64,000 nt of DNA. It comes from a virus. A program made the translations under genes and the position numbers. Shown in pieces: positions 29,501 through 39,164 of the stretch. The stretch is from IMG/VR virus record IMGVR_UViG_3300021079_000001, positions 32,001 through 96,000 of that record. The stretch is one strand, 5' to 3'. The notes below the pieces were generated by a model. That model was not told the DNA's origin. It saw only the letters and a list, made by a program, of their open reading frames with translations, and did no database searches. How positions within the stretch are numbered: the stretch's first letter is position 1; each line of letters starts with the position of its first letter.

Positions 29501-32310
29501 AACAGTTAATAACTAAAGCTGAGAATCTCTATAATAAACAGATAGAGATGAATATGAAAGTAGCTTCAGAATGGTTTAAAGATAAAACTATAGATGATAT
29601 AGCAAAAGCACAAAAACAATACGGGGCAATTGCAGGTACAGTAAGGGAAAGAAGTAATCAAGAACTAACTACTGTACAAGGTCTGCAGGATGTACTACAA
29701 AATCTGAGTAACCGTAGTCAGAATAGGATAAACGACACACTTTATGACTTTACTAATGATATTGGTACAGGTATATACGATGAAGTTAGCAAATGGGGTG
29801 ATGAAAAAAAGTTATGGAGTGTTATAGGTGCAAAAGATAAGAATAAATTGATTAGCCCATTTAAGTCAGAATTTTATGAAGAGTTAGATAAAGCTAAAGA
29901 AGCTAAAGATATTCAATGGGTAAAAGATCATACTGATAATAAAGCATTAGAAGATTATCTTAATAAGAAAAGAGAAAGTCAACTCAGAGATCTTTATGAA
30001 TATTATCATCTAGCATCTCAGGGTATGACAATGGATAAGCCATGGGAATGGGGTAGAGGTGTAGATACTAAACTGGAAGAATCGGTTGAAAGAATACTAA
30101 AATATACAGAACATGCAGGAAAAGAAGGTAATCAAAACTGGTACAGTAATGCCCATAAGTTTCCAAAGAAACTTAATGCAGATGGTTCTTATACTAAATG
30201 GGTAAGTGAAGAGATGAAAAACTTAGAACGTCCAGGAAATGCACCTGCTAAAAAGTTCTATGATTATATTCAAAAATGGAATAATCAGTTTGCTACATCT
30301 GGATACCTACAATGGGAAGGTGCTCGTACATTCTTACCACATGTACCTAAAGAAACTGTAACTAAAATATTCTCAGGAGGATTTAATATTAAAGATGGGT
30401 TATTGAGTCTATATACTAGTAAAGTGATAGAAGACAGAGATCCATTGAGAGATCCTCGTACAGGTGAAATTATTAATAGTCTACCTAAATCTTTTCAAAG
30501 TAGATTATCTGAAAAAGAAGTATCTAAAGATCTTATCAAAAACCAACTCCTTCACATAATGAAAGGAATAGAGTGGGAAGAAAAGAATGCTGTAGAGGAT
30601 ATAATATATCTACTGCAGGATATAGAACGATCTAAGGGTATGTTAGAGCCTACTCAAAAAGGAATGGTGACAGGTAAAGTAATAGGTATTGGAGAAAAGA
30701 CAGATAATGTGAAACTGCTTAACGACTTTATTGATATAGGATTTTACAATATACACGATCTCGGTAATGATGCCCAGTTTGGTAAAGTAAAAATGACTAG
30801 TGATGGAAAAGAGGTAAAAGCCTCCGGTAGCAAAATGTTAAGCACAGTTACAGGTGCGGGGTCAATGGCTATATTATCCTGGAAACCATCTATTATAGCA
30901 TTTCGTTCATTGGAGACTACTTTACAAGGTTTATATAATGCCAATAAGTATTTCTCAGCAAAAACTCAATTACAAGGTTTATATGACTTTATAGCATCTA
31001 GGGCATTTAAAGGAAGTAATGAACTTACAATAGGATTATTGAAATCATTCTTACCTGAAGAAGAACAACTACATATAGCTGCTAAAGGACTATCTCTTAA
31101 TAAATTGAATAATCTGAATGTACAAGAATTTCTGATGAAGGGAGTGAAGTCAGCGCATAATATAGTAGTATATAGTAACTTTTTTGCACACATGGAAAGT
31201 GCTATTGTTATAGATGGTAAGATACACAATGTACGGGAGTATTACAGATCTTTACCTGAGAGTGCTAATCGATATAAAGATATAACTAAATATGAAAAAG
31301 AGTTACCTACTAAATGTAAAGAACTACTAGATAAGTACGGTCTCATGAAATTTGCCAAGTATAATAAAGAAACAGGTAAAATGGACTATCCGGGACTTGA
31401 TCTTAACGATAGGTCAGTTGCTGCTTTTAAACAGCTTATACGTGTAACAGGAAGAGAGATGTCGGGTAATATTAGTCATGAAGATCAGTCTCGTATGAGA
31501 TCTAATGTATGGTGGAGACAAATGTTAATGTATAATAACTGGTTACCCAGACAATGGGATGTACGTGCAGGTAATTTAGCATATAACAAAGGTAAAGATT
31601 CATATGAATGGGGGCGTACTCGTGTATTTGCTCAAGTAGTATTTGCTGAAGGATTTTTACCTGCAGCTACTAAAATATTAAAGACACTGGTAGGTATGGA
31701 TGAGGTTACTCGTGGTACTGAAAAAGGGTTGGGACAACTACAAGAGATGTATAACAAAACTGTAGAAGATCAGTTAAAAAAAGGCGTAGAACTAAAAATG
31801 ACAAAAGAAGAGTTCTATGATCTAGTAAGGGATAAAGTAAAGAACCAAGTAAGAGAATTTCAAGTAGTATTAGCTGTATGTGCTGCATATTGGGGACTTA
31901 TGGCAATGTTGCCTAAGAAAGGTGATGATGATTATGAAGAAACAGTTGCTCAATTTGGATTATTAAAGAAAACTATGTTGAAAGCTAAAGAGGCTATGAC
32001 TTCTTATTACAATCCTTCTTCTTTTCTTGAGTTTGGAGGTGGTACTAAGTTCCCTGTAGTTAGTTATATTAAAGATGCTGTAACTGCTACTGAAAGTACA
32101 TTAGGTGCTGTATGGGGTATGTCTGCATCAGCAGCAGGATGGGATGAGTATGGCGATAATATAATACACAAGGATCATGTTATTAAAGATTGGGGAAAGC
32201 TGTTTCCTATAATAAGAGCAGGAGAACAGGAAATATTACCTATATTGGATAAAGATATGGCTGATTATCTTGGTATAAAATCTTATCAAGGTCAAGCATT
32301 TTCTAAATAA
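26527..32310 (+). CDS. Polyvalent virion cargo protein (1927 aa): zincin-like, permuted histidine phosphatase, PD-(D/E)xK nuclease, long helical C-terminal region
   Basis: EETFH (27382-27396); VVVTHG and LYLVRHGES (27751-28233); GTPDFIA...HDWKS...YNLQMKAY (about 28825-28965). Confidence 0.75.
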   Translation: MGIARTECGLVFTTGKQITKVLADNREESRLFKDLVERVTDMKSEDKEKLREGYSEWKKEGKVFDLDNNRNLAHAIWAQTSSEKFNELYKGEKDANGEPLADKALEVIQGADTHMPVKDKAAVAGELVFPVVDRVKELSGKEVKVLDREGNHARIEVRGESKEAQRIIKEINKEYPGVAAEGRPGVITLNIPDVEVTRKYNQYADQYKESTADTFYQKSNEKTLPSKANPATVAEYEEFLKRKGVPIITTGILDKDGKPIPAKNAVDLAQNLVYIVDGEKPTALGEETFHYGSRIIQAHDPKLWKEMMNRVGNYKLYGDIVDLYKNDKKYQNPDGSINIPKMKEETIGRLLHEHYVQEREGLTEKPELLEQLQGWWKKFVEGLKSFFSGTGYDPFRKAAKQFARDRGAFKTDRKIHEAVHKLTDQSEKESYSNFKDRTISSLKDIASKVKDKTVVVTHGTVLDMARSWKENMYNDNISEDSYNKKETENGHVLELQVGDKTLYLVRHGESTANVLEEPSTDETPLTGKGQEDAVMAAQELKEKGVTEVLNTDTERTDHTAAIIRKELQGEDTFLQKKEETGEEKRDNAFDKITEVGSKVVRPTEPGKKYTYAGAEVPTRVHDKIAAEQKKKMGKMTFSSKEEEEKYTKHTEKAIQLGTDISSDLDQIVSEVVDKSTGLKRDRIEEDHGYIPITDKYQSDMDKAVNGSIYDNLKLMIRGWDEPNKADIHNPIHHNGILDLYPEGTKFIWDVSLYDPNAAFQGKSGMAGTPDFIAITPDGIAHLHDWKSVGRTGEIKGYTKEAYNLQMKAYAKMLKDAYGVEVQTARMDIMGVKWGEGDSVKGVNIHGIDLSMSAGELYRPYLTDIHKTGDKVIDDYADRLIGMLNALQAKDMSDAERVTRSRRAADLEKAILRLRLEKSFAPIMEQGDQFIKYADREQARIASSNVDFSNMDMKEFSKEAGNLIVLKDNLQIYKDLSKFKGYMQDADKLQALEQLITKAENLYNKQIEMNMKVASEWFKDKTIDDIAKAQKQYGAIAGTVRERSNQELTTVQGLQDVLQNLSNRSQNRINDTLYDFTNDIGTGIYDEVSKWGDEKKLWSVIGAKDKNKLISPFKSEFYEELDKAKEAKDIQWVKDHTDNKALEDYLNKKRESQLRDLYEYYHLASQGMTMDKPWEWGRGVDTKLEESVERILKYTEHAGKEGNQNWYSNAHKFPKKLNADGSYTKWVSEEMKNLERPGNAPAKKFYDYIQKWNNQFATSGYLQWEGARTFLPHVPKETVTKIFSGGFNIKDGLLSLYTSKVIEDRDPLRDPRTGEIINSLPKSFQSRLSEKEVSKDLIKNQLLHIMKGIEWEEKNAVEDIIYLLQDIERSKGMLEPTQKGMVTGKVIGIGEKTDNVKLLNDFIDIGFYNIHDLGNDAQFGKVKMTSDGKEVKASGSKMLSTVTGAGSMAILSWKPSIIAFRSLETTLQGLYNANKYFSAKTQLQGLYDFIASRAFKGSNELTIGLLKSFLPEEEQLHIAAKGLSLNKLNNLNVQEFLMKGVKSAHNIVVYSNFFAHMESAIVIDGKIHNVREYYRSLPESANRYKDITKYEKELPTKCKELLDKYGLMKFAKYNKETGKMDYPGLDLNDRSVAAFKQLIRVTGREMSGNISHEDQSRMRSNVWWRQMLMYNNWLPRQWDVRAGNLAYNKGKDSYEWGRTRVFAQVVFAEGFLPAATKILKTLVGMDEVTRGTEKGLGQLQEMYNKTVEDQLKKGVELKMTKEEFYDLVRDKVKNQVREFQVVLAVCAAYWGLMAMLPKKGDDDYEETVAQFGLLKKTMLKAKEAMTSYYNPSSFLEFGGGTKFPVVSYIKDAVTATESTLGAVWGMSASAAGWDEYGDNIIHKDHVIKDWGKLFPIIRAGEQEILPILDKDMADYLGIKSYQGQAFSK

Positions 32311-32367
32311 TGACCTATATAGGTTACTAAATTAACTACATACTGAGTGTAACTAAGAATAACTGTA

Positions 32368-32375
32368 TACATTTG
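32368..32375 (+). promoter_or_regulatory. Bacteroidota-type -7 element (TACATTTG)
   Basis: TAnnTTTG in the 32311-32438 intergenic region upstream of the structural cluster. Confidence 0.5.
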
Positions 32376-32438
32376 TACTGTTAGCTTCGTTATACTCTTT
32401 CTTTTATGAGTATTTCACATTCTAAATGTTAAGGCTAT

Positions 32439-32855
32439 ATGATACAACCAGGTACCCAATTCGGTAAGAGAGGTAGAGTAACTACCAGATCATCTTCAGA
32501 AGAGTCTAAATGGCTTGAACTGATAGTAATGGCTATGAATAATGAGGGTGGACAGCTCTCAGCTATATTAGCAGCACTAGTAAGTTCACCTACTCCATAC
32601 AATACAGCAGCACAGGCTATAATGGTCACTACAGACAGTCCCATTACCTATACTGCAGGTAGTATACATTCCATATCATTTCAGGTTATTAGTGGTAATA
32701 TGTATGTGTCTATGGATGGTGGATTTACTACTATTAAATATCCTGCAGGTAGTAATATTAATCTACAGGCTGATAGCTTATTCAACACCGATATATCATT
32801 CACTATACCGGGTACTAGAACTAATACTACGCTCATACAAACAACTGCTATATAA
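32439..32855 (+). CDS. Putative structural protein (beta-rich C-terminal domain)
   Basis: First gene after a promoter; coupled to the next gene by TAATG; S/T-rich. Confidence 0.5.
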   Translation: MIQPGTQFGKRGRVTTRSSSEESKWLELIVMAMNNEGGQLSAILAALVSSPTPYNTAAQAIMVTTDSPITYTAGSIHSISFQVISGNMYVSMDGGFTTIKYPAGSNINLQADSLFNTDISFTIPGTRTNTTLIQTTAI

Positions 32856-34051
32856 TGGCATACACTAATTCTATATATATTCCACCTACTATATCTATAG
32901 AAGATATGCAAGTAGATACGTCTGGTGGCGATGTAACTATAAATGATGGTGTAAGAGGGTTGTATTATGATCCTGCAACTATAGTTGCCGTTGCTACTAT
33001 TACAATGATGGCAAACCCTGTAGATGGGCAAGAAATTATCATACCTTTTGGAGGAACTATAACATCAGGCACTGTAATTACTTCTGTTACATTTTCACCT
33101 AATACAGGACAAACTATTGTATATACACCTTTTTCTTTTGGTATTAACGCAGGTGATACTTTAATGTGTAAGTATAAATATAATACATTACAATGGTATA
33201 TATCTTTAGTTACAGATGGATCTAACATACCAACATTAGATGAAGTGTTAACAGTCGGTAATACATCTGCAAACTATATTCAAATAGTAAGTGGAACTAA
33301 TTCAAATACAATTGAAAATAATAAAACAACTATATCAGATGCTTCTTATGGACTTAGATTAGATACCAATAGTTTATTATTTAGTCAAGTTGGTGCAGCA
33401 GCACAAGGCGTACTTAGTTCAGCAGCAATGACTGCAAGTGCATCATGGTCTTGGGTATTACCTGATAAAAGTGGTACTATTGCAACAACTGGTGATATAC
33501 CATCACAAGCTACTATAAGAGCTTATATAAGTGGGGCATCAGGAGTTTCTTATAATAATACAACTGGTGTGGCTTCCATAAATGAAGGTTATATTAATCA
33601 ATGGACTATTGTTCAGAGATTTAATGCGGGATTGAATTGTAATTATGCTTCTTTTATACCTGCTGCACCAGCTTCTGGTTTTGAACTATTTACAAATGCA
33701 AGTAATGACCTAGCTTGGAAAAACCCAGATACATATACAAGGTCAATAAAAAGTACCCTAACTGCTGATAGAAATTATACATTACCAAATAGTAGTGGTA
33801 CAATAGCCTTGGTAAGTAATATTCCTGTTATAGTAATGGGGTTATATACTACTACAGCAGGAGCATTAGATACTTCGTTTGTGTTTGCACATGGACTTGG
33901 TTATACTCCCACACATGTTAATGTTACTGCTAAAACAGCGGGAGCTGCATTACCTTATTATGTAACTTGGGATGGTACTAATATAACTGTAACCACATTG
34001 TCAGCACCGGGGATTGTGTCGGTCTCCTATAGTTGGGAAAGCATTAAATAG
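32855..34051 (+). CDS. Tail fibre/spike-like protein
   Basis: S/T/G-rich; PTLDEVLTVGNT; repeated LPDKSGTIA/LPNSSGTIA; C-terminal FAHGLGYTP...V (fibre-tip-like). Confidence 0.7.
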   Translation: MAYTNSIYIPPTISIEDMQVDTSGGDVTINDGVRGLYYDPATIVAVATITMMANPVDGQEIIIPFGGTITSGTVITSVTFSPNTGQTIVYTPFSFGINAGDTLMCKYKYNTLQWYISLVTDGSNIPTLDEVLTVGNTSANYIQIVSGTNSNTIENNKTTISDASYGLRLDTNSLLFSQVGAAAQGVLSSAAMTASASWSWVLPDKSGTIATTGDIPSQATIRAYISGASGVSYNNTTGVASINEGYINQWTIVQRFNAGLNCNYASFIPAAPASGFELFTNASNDLAWKNPDTYTRSIKSTLTADRNYTLPNSSGTIALVSNIPVIVMGLYTTTAGALDTSFVFAHGLGYTPTHVNVTAKTAGAALPYYVTWDGTNITVTTLSAPGIVSVSYSWESIK

Positions 34052-34057
34052 TAATAG

Positions 34058-34360
34058 ATGAACTTAAAAGACTTCAACATATTACCAGTATTCAAGGACG
34101 GAGCACTATCACTGTTCAGTGATGGAAAGTTCTCAATGAAAAGGCTATTAGCATTCATATTCGGAATAGCTATACTGTGGATGACTCGTCACCTACTTTA
34201 CAATGTGATACCGAAAGACAACCAGATGGTATTCATGCACTGTTTCGATATCATAGCAGGACTCATTGGTACATTACTGGTAGCAGCTACTGTAAAGGAT
34301 GCGTATGTACAGAAGGGAACTACCACTACAACAGATACTAAGATAGAAGATAATAAATAA
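34058..34360 (+). CDS. Putative holin (2 TM)
   Basis: DGKFSMKRLLAF followed by two hydrophobic helices and a charged/Thr tail. Confidence 0.55.
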   Translation: MNLKDFNILPVFKDGALSLFSDGKFSMKRLLAFIFGIAILWMTRHLLYNVIPKDNQMVFMHCFDIIAGLIGTLLVAATVKDAYVQKGTTTTTDTKIEDNK

Positions 34361-34388
34361 CATTCATAAACAATTAAACACTAATAAC

Positions 34389-34766
34389 ATGACACGTTCA
34401 TTTTCAGACAGTCCAGCATTTCAGCCACAGAACTTCCTTGACTTCATAACTGTTACTAACCTGGCATCTGGTGGTGCTATTGGTACAGCTATTGCTACTG
34501 TAGATCAGTATCAGGGGGCGTATATCAGTCAGACTACTGCTGGTCAGACACTTTCATTACCAGCAACTACAGGAAGTACTCCTAAGAGCTTCTGGATAGT
34601 GAATACCGGTAGTGTATCATTCACAATAGGGCAAAAAGTAGTGTTCCCTGGTACATCGTTGATGGCTATATTCTCTGGTATTTCTATCCCTAACCAGGGT
34701 AAGGTATGGGTGTATGGAGCAGCTTCAGCAACAATAACTACAACTACGACTACCACAGCACCATAA
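34389..34766 (+). CDS. Small structural/decoration-like protein with C-terminal poly-Thr tail
   Basis: S/T/G-rich beta-type sequence ending ATITTTTTTTAP. Confidence 0.6.
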   Translation: MTRSFSDSPAFQPQNFLDFITVTNLASGGAIGTAIATVDQYQGAYISQTTAGQTLSLPATTGSTPKSFWIVNTGSVSFTIGQKVVFPGTSLMAIFSGISIPNQGKVWVYGAASATITTTTTTTAP

Positions 34767-34770
34767 TTAA

Positions 34771-34815
34771 TTTGGTAGTTTCGTAGTAATAGTGTAAATT
34801 TACAGAAACTACCAA
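34771..34815 (+). promoter_or_regulatory. Promoter (TTTG-N20-TAAATTTA) with an 11-bp inverted repeat upstream of the HNH gene
   Basis: ttggtagtttc (34772-34782) and gaaactaccaa (34805-34815), ending just before the ATG at 34817. Confidence 0.55.
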
Positions 34816-34816
34816 T

Positions 34817-35635
34817 ATGTCTACAACAAGACAACAGGCTCCTGTAGTAGAGGGAAGAAGAGTCTGTAAAGAGTGTAAAGAAAACAAATTAATAGACGAG
34901 TATTACAGCAGACACAACTGTATATCTCAGACATGTATAAGTTGTTTTAATATAAAAAGAAAAGCAGCATATAGGTTAAAAAAGGAAGAGCAGGGTATAG
35001 AGTTAAGGAATTTGAAAGTGAAAAAATGCCTATCCTGTGGTGTAGAAAAAGAAAGAACTATAGATAACTATACAACAAGAGGTAGAAATTTCTCTAATAT
35101 TTGCAGAGCATGTACCGATGATGTATTCGAATCTATAAAACAGAATAAAATAAATAAGGGACCCTTACCAGAGAGTAGTACAAGACTGTGTACTAGATGT
35201 ATGGAAGACAAATTAATAGGAGAATTCTATTATTCTGTATCGCATCAAGTATATAGAGATCCTTGTAAAAAGTGTTGGGGATTGAAGTACTATAATAGTG
35301 AAAAAAGAAAAAACTGGTCGAGTGGTAATGTGAATAGAGCAACACGATTATTATCCTCTTATAGGGTATTTGATATAAAGAGGGGATTGGAGTACGGATT
35401 GAGTAAAGAGTATATAAATGATCAGCTTCAAAAGAGTTGCACATACTGTGGGTATCCTGCTACAGGACTAGATAGAATAGATAACACAAAAGGTCATACA
35501 GATGAAAACTGTATACCATGTTGTTGGGAGTGTAATACAGCCAGGATGAGCAACTTCACAGTAGATGAGATGAGAATAATAGGAAGAGGAATAAAAGAAG
35601 TAAAAGACAACAGGTACAAGACAACGACAGTATAA
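34817..35635 (+). mobile_element. HNH (His-Me finger) homing endonuclease with N-terminal Zn ribbons
   Basis: Repeated CxxC pairs; CTYCG...GLDRIDNTKGHTDENCIPCCWECN. Confidence 0.82.
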
Positions 35636-35669
35636 CATACTCATTATCAACTAATTACAACTACATATT

Positions 35670-36704
35670 GTGAAGGAACTAGTAACAGTGGTATCTGTAC
35701 CACATGATCTATACTGGGTAGCTGAGATAGAGGTACAATGTGCCAATTTTCAACGACTGGGATATACCGGTGCATATCATGTACTGGTACTTGTAGAGGG
35801 GGAATTTCCTTATAAGTGGTATTGGGGTCAACTTGCTAAGAGGTATCCATGGGCCAGCTTCTTCTTCTATAGAGAGGATCATATCAAGAACCTGATAGCC
35901 ATATATCCACCGGTACAGAGGGTTAGATGTCTGAAAAGGCATTGGACTGAGCACCCTGAACTGCAAGAGAAGGTGATACTGTATATAGATGGTGATGTAT
36001 TATTTACCAGGTTACCTGATTTCTCTGAGTATATGGATGATGATATCTGCTACCTATCTAAGACGGAGTACATATCAGCAGAGTACTTTGCTAGTAAGGT
36101 GAAGGACATATACCCATTCAAGAAGAAGGAATATGCCCAAGAAGATGTACTAGGAGACCTCTGTAGGATAGTAGGTATAGATAAACAGGTAGCAATAGAT
36201 AACCAGGATAATACCGGTGGTTGTCAATATCTACTGAAGGACATTGATCTTAAATTCTGGGAAGATGTTGAAAAGAATTGTATAGAACTCCGATTACGTA
36301 CTGTTAATTTCAATGCACAATACTTTAGTAGTGAGGATAAGGGATTTCAGTCATGGGCTATAGGAGATATGTGTGGACTACTCTGGAACCTATGGAAACG
36401 GGGTAAAGAGACCAGATGCCCGGAGTATATGAATTTTGCATGGTCTACTAATCCTATAGCAGAATATGATAATAACATATTCCTTCACAATGCCGGTGTA
36501 AATGCTAAAGTGATGGAGATAGATGGTAAGAACATTCGAATGTTCTATAAGTCGGATATCCGGTTCCGTACTAGTTCATTAACATGGTTCGATATTAATC
36601 CAGATAGCTGGAGAGTAAGTGACAAATATTGCAGCTACATGTATCTACAGGAAATACTTAGTATTAAGAACCCTGTATGCATTACAAAGAGCATAAATTA
36701 CTAA
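35670..36704 (+). CDS. GT-A glycosyltransferase, resembling protein O-glycosyltransferases (HPAT/SERGT-like)
   Basis: YPPVQR, LYIDGDVLF (DxD), GGCQYLLK, W..GDM..LLWN, FLHNAG. Confidence 0.65.
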   Translation: MKELVTVVSVPHDLYWVAEIEVQCANFQRLGYTGAYHVLVLVEGEFPYKWYWGQLAKRYPWASFFFYREDHIKNLIAIYPPVQRVRCLKRHWTEHPELQEKVILYIDGDVLFTRLPDFSEYMDDDICYLSKTEYISAEYFASKVKDIYPFKKKEYAQEDVLGDLCRIVGIDKQVAIDNQDNTGGCQYLLKDIDLKFWEDVEKNCIELRLRTVNFNAQYFSSEDKGFQSWAIGDMCGLLWNLWKRGKETRCPEYMNFAWSTNPIAEYDNNIFLHNAGVNAKVMEIDGKNIRMFYKSDIRFRTSSLTWFDINPDSWRVSDKYCSYMYLQEILSIKNPVCITKSINY

Positions 36705-36706
36705 CA

Positions 36707-36800
36707 ATGACTAGTGGAGGAATATATACAATAACTAATACTATAAATGGTAAAATGTATGTAGGATACACTACTAATTACAAGATTACAAAACAAATTA
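36707..36800 (+). pseudogene. Remnant of a GIY-YIG endonuclease
   Basis: ATG at 36707 reads MTSGGIYTITNTINGKMYVGYTTN, after which the domain is lost. Confidence 0.75.
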
Positions 36801-36813
36801 AAATCTATGCAAA

Positions 36814-37326
36814 ATGGCTAATCAGAATTATAACAAACTTGTGGCGTGGATGAAGTTCACAGGAGAAGGCTTTATGATAGGCGGTACCAACACATGGAGG
36901 CCGATTGGCGTTATACCTAGAGACGGATACTGGAGACAGATACCAGGAGATCTTAGCTCATTATGCTGCGGTGTAGGTAGTAGTTTGCTTATAGTGCAGA
37001 ACAATAGCACTAACAGTAATAATCCAGGAGCTACTGTAACATCATTAACTACTGCAGATGGTGCTATACAGTGGACCGGTACTATAGCTCAATCTGGTGG
37101 TATGCATGTATTTGTCATTCCTAATGGATATGATGAGACTTTTACACTTACCATAGGTATGGTAGGTACTCATGATGGTGTGGATATTGCAACATCTACT
37201 ATAGTAGGTTCCGGTACAATATCAGCAGCTACTCCTAGCTTCCTTAACAGTGGTACAGTATCTGCAGTATTTAATACCAGTGCTACACCAGCATCACAAT
37301 ATCTTGTAGTATTATCAGACGACTAA
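36814..37326 (+). CDS. Putative structural protein, S/T-rich
   Basis: N-terminal W/R-rich module ending LCCG, then an S/T/G-rich beta domain. Confidence 0.55.
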   Translation: MANQNYNKLVAWMKFTGEGFMIGGTNTWRPIGVIPRDGYWRQIPGDLSSLCCGVGSSLLIVQNNSTNSNNPGATVTSLTTADGAIQWTGTIAQSGGMHVFVIPNGYDETFTLTIGMVGTHDGVDIATSTIVGSGTISAATPSFLNSGTVSAVFNTSATPASQYLVVLSDD

Positions 37327-37340
37327 TATAACTACATAAT

Positions 37341-37661
37341 ATGTTATTACTTGACATTACCGTGAGTACTCCCATTATTGTATTAGTTATAGGGGCTATC
37401 ATTACAGTGTTTCTGACTCTTACGAAATTCGTATGGAACATAGTAGAAGGAAAGCACAATGAGGCCATGAAGAGATTGGATAGGATAGTAGATGAGCAGA
37501 AGGTTATTGAACAGGACCTGAAACCCCTTACAATGAAAATAGCTGAACATACTATAGAGATACAGACTATTCGAGATAAACTCCATGATCAGGAAGGTTG
37601 GCTAACAGCACATGGTAATCAACTGCAGCTTATTAATAAAACCCTCAGAACAGCATCATGA
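37341..37661 (+). CDS. Membrane protein with coiled coil (lysis-related, holin-like)
   Basis: N-terminal TM helix plus heptad repeats. Confidence 0.5.
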   Translation: MLLLDITVSTPIIVLVIGAIITVFLTLTKFVWNIVEGKHNEAMKRLDRIVDEQKVIEQDLKPLTMKIAEHTIEIQTIRDKLHDQEGWLTAHGNQLQLINKTLRTAS

Positions 37662-38059
37662 CAATAGAACAAGGTATACAGGATATTAAGAACTCCCACA
37701 ATAAGTTGTGGTACATAGTTATTGTACTGGCTATATTGATAGGGATCTTGTTATTCAGATTATTCTATGGTGGTACTGATCCTGTTATAGTACGGGATGA
37801 TATCAAGGTACGTAACTCTCTGGATAGTCTCCGCATATGGACACAGCAACAGTATGATGTACAACAATACAATGAACTACGATATCATCAGGATTCTATT
37901 AGAATAGCTGGTATGGCATCTGCAGTAGCTAGGGTACCAGGTATATTACAGACCATTAATAATAAAAGAGATGCGCAACTACATACTATTGATAACATGT
38001 CTGCTGATCAGCAATTTATGCTATTCTCAGAGTGGTTATCCCAGGCAGATAGTCTATAA
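37658..38059 (+). CDS. Spanin-like membrane protein 1
   Basis: N-terminal TM, helical domain, overlaps the next gene. Confidence 0.45.
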   Translation: MTIEQGIQDIKNSHNKLWYIVIVLAILIGILLFRLFYGGTDPVIVRDDIKVRNSLDSLRIWTQQQYDVQQYNELRYHQDSIRIAGMASAVARVPGILQTINNKRDAQLHTIDNMSADQQFMLFSEWLSQADSL

Positions 38060-38405
38060 TAAGGATACAGTAGTACTCATTACTGTACACCAGGAGAAGA
38101 TGCTGAACAGGGCCCATGAGACATGGTTAGCCTGTGCACAGGGGAATGACTCACTATTAACAGCTATTGATAGTTGTGCAGCATCTTATATATTATTTGA
38201 CAGTGCTACCCAGGCACTTCGTAATGAAATTGCATCACTTTATTTCCTTAGTAGTCACCAGGTAGCAGTTATAGATACGCTGCAGGGGGTTATTAAGGAT
38301 CAGAAGAGGTACATACAGCAGCTCAGAGTACACAGGGGTCTTATGGGAGTATTGGATGGGGTATTAGTTGCAGTTATAGGGTACTTATTGATTACACATG
38401 GATAG
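37971..38405 (+). CDS. Spanin-like protein 2 (signal peptide plus C-terminal TM)
   Basis: Signal-like N-terminus, coiled coil, C-terminal hydrophobic helix; 89-nt overlap with the previous gene. Confidence 0.45.
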   Translation: MRNYILLITCLLISNLCYSQSGYPRQIVYNKDTVVLITVHQEKMLNRAHETWLACAQGNDSLLTAIDSCAASYILFDSATQALRNEIASLYFLSSHQVAVIDTLQGVIKDQKRYIQQLRVHRGLMGVLDGVLVAVIGYLLITHG

Positions 38406-38718
38406 GATACGATATGTAGGTCCCTCACGTCTTACTGATAATGAGCTGCATCTGCTACAAGAGATTGTTACTATAGTTGAATACACTGACCCAGGCTTCA
38501 TTATATCTATCTGTAAAAACCCAGAGAATATTATAGCTCATATCACACCGTCTTCACAGGATTTTCGACAGGGAATTATTGATAACTTACTGTATGTTAA
38601 CAAGGTACTGAAAGTGCGTATACACTTCTCTAGTAGCCTTGGTATATCCCGTATTATTTCTTTTACTGTCAATTTGGATATCACAGTATCTGATGTATCT
38701 TTGCCTTTACATAATTAA
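38398..38718 (+). CDS. Hypothetical protein
   Basis: Coupled ORF in the + operon. Confidence 0.55.
   Translation: MDRIRYVGPSRLTDNELHLLQEIVTIVEYTDPGFIISICKNPENIIAHITPSSQDFRQGIIDNLLYVNKVLKVRIHFSSSLGISRIISFTVNLDITVSDVSLPLHN
38673..38703 (+). promoter_or_regulatory. Bacteroidota sigma-A-type promoter TTTG-N19-TATCTTTG
   Basis: Both -33 and -7 elements at canonical spacing upstream of the ATG at 38725. Confidence 0.6.
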
Positions 38719-38724
38719 CTACAT

Positions 38725-38982
38725 ATGAGCAATTTAAAGGCAGGTACCAAGTACCAATGGGCTGAGGATGCAGTATTTACACTGACCTCTAAGGAGTTTA
38801 GCACCTTGTATAATGGATTAACTAACATTGTAGCATCTCCGGTATTCCAACAGCAGATGCAGAAGGGTACAGCTATTATCCAGTTGCACCAACTGATGAA
38901 TGGTATGTTGGATGCTGCAGTAGGAACCGGTATAGCATATGAGGCTACGGAGTCGGTAGTTACTGCTGATGTACCTGCTTAG
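38725..38982 (+). CDS. Hypothetical protein (last gene of the + arm)
   Basis: Has its own promoter; its stop overlaps that of the convergent gene. Confidence 0.6.
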   Translation: MSNLKAGTKYQWAEDAVFTLTSKEFSTLYNGLTNIVASPVFQQQMQKGTAIIQLHQLMNGMLDAAVGTGIAYEATESVVTADVPA

Positions 38983-39164
38983 TTCTTTCTTACCTTAGAT
39001 TGATTATCATCTACCCACAGGGGATCTGTCATGGATACTGCTACTGACCAATAGTCTTTGCATTGGTTAAGCATGTCCATGACAGTATACTCATCATACA
39101 CCCTTATCTGAGTATCTGTATAACCTATTGGCATATGGGCATTGAGTATCTGTTCATTGGTCAT
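38979..39164 (-). CDS. Hypothetical protein
   Basis: ATGA-coupled to the upstream exonuclease. Confidence 0.5.
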   Translation of the reverse strand: MTNEQILNAHMPIGYTDTQIRVYDEYTVMDMLNQCKDYWSVAVSMTDPLWVDDNQSKVRKN

